Origin: a bacterium UBP13_UBA5359
GTDB taxonomy: Bacteria > UBP13 > UBA5359
DNA: 64,000 nt
Reading direction: 5' to 3'
NCBI GenBank assembly: GCA_002410925.1
Contig: DHPR01000004.1
Span: forward strand, 1-64,000
How positions within the stretch are numbered: the stretch's first letter is position 1; each line of letters starts with the position of its first letter. Shown piece by piece: positions 58,949 to 64,000 of the stretch. A program made the position numbers and the translations under genes. A model generated the notes under the pieces. That model searched no databases and had not been told where the DNA came from. It was given only the letters and a program-made list of their open reading frames with translations.

Positions 58949-59353
58949 TTGTCTAGAGAAAGACATTGCCGCCGGCATAGAGGCGGAGCCTGTTCCTGCG
59001 AAATGGGCAACCTTTACCGCTTTGTAGAACCGATTGTTCTTCTATCTGTAGCCAGGCTTGAGGAGGCTTACGGTTATCAAATATCTCAGGCGGCGGAGGA
59101 AATGGCTGTAACTCATGCCGAGCTGGATATGGGCGGTATATACAGAGCTTTGAGGCGTTTGGAGAATAACGGGCATCTTTTTTCAAATTGGGATACCGAA
59201 AGTGGCGGACCTGCCCGAAGGATATATCGATTGACAGAAAGAGGGCGGAAGCATTTGGCTGAATGGGCTGAAGTGTTGGAGGAAATGCTCGTTCCGTTGA
59301 CCAGGCTCCAAAAAGCATGTAGCGAAGCGGCAGTTTCAGGGGATGCTTCCTGA
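58949..59353 (+). CDS. PadR-family transcriptional regulator with Cys/His-rich N-terminus
   Basis: YGYQI, G.IYRALRRLE, W...SGGPARRIY.LTERG. Confidence 0.9.
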   Translation: MSRERHCRRHRGGACSCEMGNLYRFVEPIVLLSVARLEEAYGYQISQAAEEMAVTHAELDMGGIYRALRRLENNGHLFSNWDTESGGPARRIYRLTERGRKHLAEWAEVLEEMLVPLTRLQKACSEAAVSGDAS

Positions 59354-59478
59354 CAAGGCGAAAGCTCTTTTTAAGTTGCAAAATGCAAGCTGCATTTCAT
59401 TTAATGTGTAATGCATGTGCATATACCAGGGAAGAAGGCAATATTATCAAAGATATCAACGAATGGAGGGTAAAGAGA

Positions 59479-59841
59479 GTGAGAGTTGCAATCACTTCTC
59501 AGGGGCAGAGCTTGGAAAGCAGACTCGACAGGCGTTTCGGGCGGGCGGCTTTCTTTGTGGTGGCGAATACAAAGACCGATGAGTTTACTGTCCATGATAA
59601 CACTCAAAATCTCAATGCAGCTCAGGGAGCCGGTATTCAGGCTGGAAGCAATGTTGCCGGTCTGAATGTAGAAGCGCTTATAACAGGCAATGTCGGTCCC
59701 AAGGCATATGCCGTCCTTAAGGCGGCCGGCATCAGAATTTATCTGGCGCCTGGCGGCACGGTGGCTGAAAGCCTGCAGAGGTTCAAGGATGGCCTTTTAG
59801 AGGAGCGTTTGTCGGCCAATGTCGATGGACATTGGATATAA
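59479..59841 (+). CDS. NifB/NifX-family (Nitro_FeMo-Co domain) protein
   Basis: RFGRA..F, GAGIQA, ITGNVGPKA and ANVDGHW; GTG start after GGAGG. Confidence 0.88.
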   Translation: MRVAITSQGQSLESRLDRRFGRAAFFVVANTKTDEFTVHDNTQNLNAAQGAGIQAGSNVAGLNVEALITGNVGPKAYAVLKAAGIRIYLAPGGTVAESLQRFKDGLLEERLSANVDGHWI

Positions 59842-59868
59842 GATAGAGGATAGCTGGAGGATGATCAG

Positions 59869-60726
59869 ATGAAGATTGCCGTAGCCAGTGGCAAAGGCGG
59901 TACAGGCAAGACGACTGTAGCTGTAAACCTATCTCTCTTTCTGGTTGATGCCGGTCTGAAGGTAACTTATGCAGATTGTGATGTTGAGGAGCCTGATGGG
60001 CATCTCTTTCTTAAGCCGAAGAGCGGCTTGAAGCGCAGAGTTGCCGTACTCGTGCCGCAGGTGAACCCAGAGGCTTGCAATCTATGTGGAAAGTGCGGTG
60101 CTTTTTGCCGCTACAGCGCCATCGTCGTTCTCAAAGAGAAGGTTGTGACCTTCCCGGAGCTCTGTCATAATTGTGGCGTTTGCGCCTATGTCTGTTCCGC
60201 TCAGGCCATAACCGAGGTGAATAGATATATTGGGAGCGTGGAGAGAGGGTCAGCCGGCAAGCTGAACTTTATCAGCGGCTGCCTGGATATCGGCCAGGCC
60301 ATAAGTCCGCCCCTGATAAAGGATGTTTTAAAGGAGACACCGGATAGCGGTGTAACAATTGTGGATGCGCCTCCGGGAACCTCTTGCCCGGCCATGACCG
60401 CCGTTAGCGATTGCGATTATTTGCTGCTGGTAACCGAACCTACCCCTTTCGGGCGGCATGATCTGGAGCTGATGCTGCAGGCCGTGTGCTCTCTGTCCAT
60501 ACCGAAAGGAGTAGTGCTGAACAGAGTAAGCAGCCCTGATACGGCAACAGAAAAGCTATGTAGCAGGTATGGCGTGTCTATTCTGTCTCGGATACCGGAG
60601 GATAGGCTGATAGCTGAAGCTTATTCAAAGGGGCTTACGGTTTGGGAAGCGGTGCCTGGCTATAGGACTCTCTTTGCTGATCTTTGGTCCAGGATAGAAC
60701 CGATTGCCGGGGGGTATATGGCGTGA
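59869..60726 (+). CDS. MinD-superfamily P-loop ATPase with inserted ferredoxin domain (COG1149-like)
   Basis: SGKGGTGKTT, DCDVEEP, two CxxCxxC clusters, DAPPGTSCP and TEPTPFG. Confidence 0.9.
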   Translation: MKIAVASGKGGTGKTTVAVNLSLFLVDAGLKVTYADCDVEEPDGHLFLKPKSGLKRRVAVLVPQVNPEACNLCGKCGAFCRYSAIVVLKEKVVTFPELCHNCGVCAYVCSAQAITEVNRYIGSVERGSAGKLNFISGCLDIGQAISPPLIKDVLKETPDSGVTIVDAPPGTSCPAMTAVSDCDYLLLVTEPTPFGRHDLELMLQAVCSLSIPKGVVLNRVSSPDTATEKLCSRYGVSILSRIPEDRLIAEAYSKGLTVWEAVPGYRTLFADLWSRIEPIAGGYMA

Positions 60727-61610
60727 AGGAAATAGTGGTTATAAGCGGCAAGGGAGGTACGGGCAAAACCAGCCTGACGGCTGCCTTTGCCGGCCTGGCA
60801 GGAAAATGTGTACTGGCGGATTGTGATGTGGATGCCGCTGATCTGCATCTGCTGCTGCAGCCTCAGGTAAGGGAGAGATATGAATTCAGCGGCGGCGGCC
60901 GGGCAGAGATCAAGGCGGAAAAGTGTTCGAAATGCGGTCTCTGCCGGCAAATCTGCCGTTTTGATGCGGTGCGATATTCGGCCGATAAAAAGAGCTTTCC
61001 GACGGTGGATCCTCTGGCCTGCGAAGGATGCGGTTTCTGTGCCATTGTCTGTCCGGCGGACGCAATAGAAATCAGACCCGCAGCTAACGGAGAGTGGTAT
61101 GTTTCGGATACTCGGCTGGGTTCCATGGTTCATGCCTGTCTTCGTCCGGGTGAGGGTAACTCCGGCAAGCTGGTGGCGCTGGTGCGGAGCCGGGCCAGGA
61201 AAATTGCGGCTGAGGACGGTAGCGCATACATATTGATAGATGGTTCACCGGGGTTGGGTTGCCCGGTGATAGCCTCGGTAGCCGGCAGTGATATGGCCGT
61301 TATTGTGACGGAGCCTACAATCTCCGGGGAACACGACCTGTTGCGCATTTCTGCTCTGACAAAGCACTTCAGGGTACCCACTGTAGTTTGTATCAACAGG
61401 AGCGATATCAATCCGGCGATTGCTGATCGTATAGCCGCCGTTTCTGAGGCGCAAGGGCTTGAGGTTGTCGGCCGCATACGTTACGATAAGATCGTAACAG
61501 AGGCTCAAATGGCAGCGAAAACCGTTAATGAATATACGGATGGACTTGTTGCCGAAGAAATAATGACGGCCTGGCGGCGTATAATAACTTTAAATAAAGG
61601 AAGGGAATAA
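60723..61610 (+). CDS. Second MinD-superfamily P-loop ATPase with ferredoxin domain
   Basis: SGKGGTGKTS, DCDVDAADL, CSKCGLC, CEGCGFC, NSGKLV and DGSPGLGCP. Confidence 0.9.
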   Translation: MKEIVVISGKGGTGKTSLTAAFAGLAGKCVLADCDVDAADLHLLLQPQVRERYEFSGGGRAEIKAEKCSKCGLCRQICRFDAVRYSADKKSFPTVDPLACEGCGFCAIVCPADAIEIRPAANGEWYVSDTRLGSMVHACLRPGEGNSGKLVALVRSRARKIAAEDGSAYILIDGSPGLGCPVIASVAGSDMAVIVTEPTISGEHDLLRISALTKHFRVPTVVCINRSDINPAIADRIAAVSEAQGLEVVGRIRYDKIVTEAQMAAKTVNEYTDGLVAEEIMTAWRRIITLNKGRE

Positions 61611-61613
61611 GAG

Positions 61614-61952
61614 ATGAAAATTGCAATTCCGGTAGCTGATGGAAAGCTTTGCCCGCATTTCGGGCATTGCGAAGAGTTCTACATCTTTGATATTGATAAG
61701 AGAGGCTGTAAGGTTACTGCTTGTGACAGGCAGGTGCCGCCGCCACATGAACCGGGTCTGCTGCCGCGCTGGTTGCACGGTATGGAGGTTACGCATGTTA
61801 TTGTCGGCGGCATGGGTGCCCGGGCGCAGAGACTATTTCAGGCCGCAGGTGTTAAAGTTGTGGTGGGAGCTCCTGCTGTTGACGCTGAAACAGTGATCAA
61901 GGCATATTTGGAGAATACTCTGGTAACCGGAGATAACGCCTGCGATCATTAG
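61614..61952 (+). CDS. NifB/NifX-family protein
   Basis: HFGHC, PPHEPG.LP.WL, GGMG.RA and NACDH. Confidence 0.88.
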   Translation: MKIAIPVADGKLCPHFGHCEEFYIFDIDKRGCKVTACDRQVPPPHEPGLLPRWLHGMEVTHVIVGGMGARAQRLFQAAGVKVVVGAPAVDAETVIKAYLENTLVTGDNACDH

Positions 61953-62020
61953 GCAGCCCGCGATCTGGTGAAGTCTAAAAACTGTCAGGCTAAGAGAGCT
62001 CTGGCGGATTTTACGGGAGA

Positions 62021-63148
62021 TTGAATATGGCAAATGGCAATCGATCCATCCTTCACAGTGGACAGGCTGCTGTTGCTGAGGGAAAGAAATCAAAGGCCAC
62101 TGTCACGGGGGGTATAAAAGGGGGCCTTAGCCAGGCGGATTGGGATGTCAAGCTAAGGGGTCTCTTCATCTGTATGCTCTTCATGCTGGCAACAGTCGGC
62201 TTGCTGTTGGGTCTGCTGATTCCGATTCTACGCCTGAGCGGGGGGATAGAGGCTTTTCCTACTTTTCAGGTGGTCTTTATCAGCATCGTTCTGGAGGCCG
62301 TACCCTTTATTTTGCTCGGTTCGCTCATTTCCGGCCTGATTCATGTTCTGGTGCCGGAGGATACTTTGAAGCGCTTTATTCCAACAGGTAGATTTCCATC
62401 TGTGCTGGCCGGAGCTTTTCTCGGTTTCTTCTTTCCTGTTTGTGAATGCGGTGTTATTCCGGTGGCCAGAGGTCTGATGAGAAAGGGAGTTCCTCTTCAT
62501 GCGGCTGTGGCCTTTATTTTGGCTGCCCCGGTGGCTAATCCTGTAGTTATTCTGTCCACAGCGGTAGCTTTTAATTATGATTTTAAAGTGGTGGCTGTCA
62601 GGGTAGGACTGGTATTATTGATCGCTATAACCATTGGCCTGTTGATGGCCTGGTTGCCTGTTGGAAAAAAATTCATGCGGCAGGAGGATGAAACAGCCGA
62701 AGGATGCGGCTGCTGCTCCGGGACATCTTCCGGCACTTTGGTCGAAAAGGCCTCCGGGGTGGCGGAGCATGCTACACGGGAATTCTTCGATGTAGGTAAA
62801 TTCCTTATTCTAGGTTCCTTCTTAGCGGCTTTCATACAGACATTTATCTCTCGACCGCACCTGCTGGCTGTAGCCAAAGGACCGGTTCTATCCGTCCTGA
62901 GCATGAATGCCCTGGCAGTTCTTACCTGTCTCTGTTCCGAAGTTGATGCCTTTGTGGCCAGGTCATTCTCTCTCTCTTTTTCCATGGGCTCAGTGCTCTC
63001 CTTTATGATACTTGGTCCTATGTTTGATATTAAGAGCGGTATGATGCTGCTGGGCACTTTTAAGAAGCGCCCGGCGTTTATACTAATAGCTTTGATGCTT
63101 TCGCTAACGACGATTATCGGCATAGTGCTCAATTTTACATATAAATAA
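62021..63148 (+). CDS. DUF318/YcgR-like permease
   Basis: LEAVPF, FPVCECG..P, AP.ANP, CSEVDAFVA and GPMFDIK. Confidence 0.85.
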   Translation: MNMANGNRSILHSGQAAVAEGKKSKATVTGGIKGGLSQADWDVKLRGLFICMLFMLATVGLLLGLLIPILRLSGGIEAFPTFQVVFISIVLEAVPFILLGSLISGLIHVLVPEDTLKRFIPTGRFPSVLAGAFLGFFFPVCECGVIPVARGLMRKGVPLHAAVAFILAAPVANPVVILSTAVAFNYDFKVVAVRVGLVLLIAITIGLLMAWLPVGKKFMRQEDETAEGCGCCSGTSSGTLVEKASGVAEHATREFFDVGKFLILGSFLAAFIQTFISRPHLLAVAKGPVLSVLSMNALAVLTCLCSEVDAFVARSFSLSFSMGSVLSFMILGPMFDIKSGMMLLGTFKKRPAFILIALMLSLTTIIGIVLNFTYK

Positions 63149-63163
63149 GAGGTGATCCTTTTG

Positions 63164-64000
63164 ATGGATAAAGAGGTCTTCGGCGGATACAGCCATAATG
63201 CGCATGAATGTGCGGGCTGTAAGGATACACATCAGCACAATCATAGCCATAACCATGAACACCGCCATGCTCATAACCATGAGCATGGCGGGTTAAGCCT
63301 TGATATCTTGCTGCTTCGCACGGGTGTTCTGCTTATCTATGCCGTTTTATTGGCCAAAGTATTTCTGCACCATGAAATTACGCTTTATATAAAAAAGGAT
63401 CTAATCTGGCTGACGGCAGCCGCAGGTTTTTTCGTTATGCTGATGTTGATCTCTACTCTGATGACGGTTTATAAGGTCTCCTTACGGATGCCTGATGATA
63501 ATGGCTACGGCGGCATAGCCTTTTACGGTCTCAGAATTCCGACCAAGGAGTTTCTCGGCTGCATAATTATCCTGATGCCTGCTCTGCTGGGACTTCTCTT
63601 TACGCCTCAATCGCTGGATTCTTTTGCAGCAGGCAGGCGAGGTATTTCCGGAAAAGCTCCTGTGGCCGTCAATAAGATGGAACCGATCAAATCCAGAGAG
63701 ATATCGTTGTTGCGTCTGGCCGGCGGGCTGGAGCAGGAGCCGGAAAAGTTTATCGGTCGCGATTTTGCCTTTGTGGGCTTTGTAGGCCATGATGAAAAGC
63801 TGGGGGCGGAGCGCTTCTATCTTGTGCGTTTTGTCATCTCCTGCTGTGCGGCCGACGCCACGCCGCTGGGCTTTGAGGTTGATTATCCCGAGGCGGAAGA
63901 GCTGAAGGATAACCAGTGGGTAAAGGTGGAAGGTCATGTTATAAAGAGAGATGATAAGAGCGATTGGCCGTATGCCATCAAGGCTTCTCGAGTTCAGCCA
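63164..64000 (+). CDS. TIGR03943/YcgQ-like membrane protein with His-rich N-terminus (partial, runs off window)
   Basis: Manual translation: MDKEVFGGYSHNAHECAGCKDTHQHNHSHNHEHRHAHNHEHGG, hydrophobic segments, RFVISCCAADA; absent from the ORF track because no stop codon is in the window. Confidence 0.85.
   Translation, partial: MDKEVFGGYSHNAHECAGCKDTHQHNHSHNHEHRHAHNHEHGGLSLDILLLRTGVLLIYAVLLAKVFLHHEITLYIKKDLIWLTAAAGFFVMLMLISTLMTVYKVSLRMPDDNGYGGIAFYGLRIPTKEFLGCIIILMPALLGLLFTPQSLDSFAAGRRGISGKAPVAVNKMEPIKSREISLLRLAGGLEQEPEKFIGRDFAFVGFVGHDEKLGAERFYLVRFVISCCAADATPLGFEVDYPEAEELKDNQWVKVEGHVIKRDDKSDWPYAIKASRVQP

Noticed and set aside
59479-61952. Nitrogen fixation cluster
   Set aside because: Only stand-alone NifX-like domains and MinD-type ATPases; no nifHDK or radical SAM NifB
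1-64000. tRNA, rRNA, integrase or intact transposase genes
   Set aside because: None recognised by eye; a tRNAscan/Infernal run would be needed to exclude small RNAs formally

Overview
A 64-kb bacterial chromosome segment, probably from an anaerobe (Fe-S, radical SAM and NifX-family genes); the lineage cannot be determined from sequence alone. Housekeeping blocks (DinG/YoaA helicase, TIGR03960/TIGR03936 radical SAM pair, thiL-tsaE-tsaB-rimI-tsaD, hisI-trpEDCFBA without trpG, nagB, fakA-fakB, yitJ-like, zur-znuACB) alternate with accessory blocks. The main accessory block is a visibly AT-richer ~11 kb type III-D (III-Dv-like) CRISPR-Cas effector operon (13.8-24.4 kb). It encodes an HD-less Cas10 with intact GGDD, Cas7, Cas5-Cas11, Cas7-Cas7, Csx19 and Cas7-insertion, bracketed by two CARF effectors (Can2/Card1-like with an SCTT active-site variant, and a TIGR02710-type CARF-HEPN). 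There is no cas6, cas1, cas2 or CRISPR array in the window, and the Cas7-insertion C-terminal tail appears frameshifted by a 10-nt duplication. Other accessory elements are a DrrAB-like ABC exporter flanked by a 50-bp direct repeat of the nagB 3' end, a DeoR-controlled 10-gene putative amino-sugar/aminocyclitol catabolic operon (45.9-58.2 kb) with a truncated RAYT/IS200-like transposase at its left edge, and a PadR/NifX/MinD-ferredoxin/permease metal-related cluster running off the right end. All calls come from motif reading by eye; no database searches were run.
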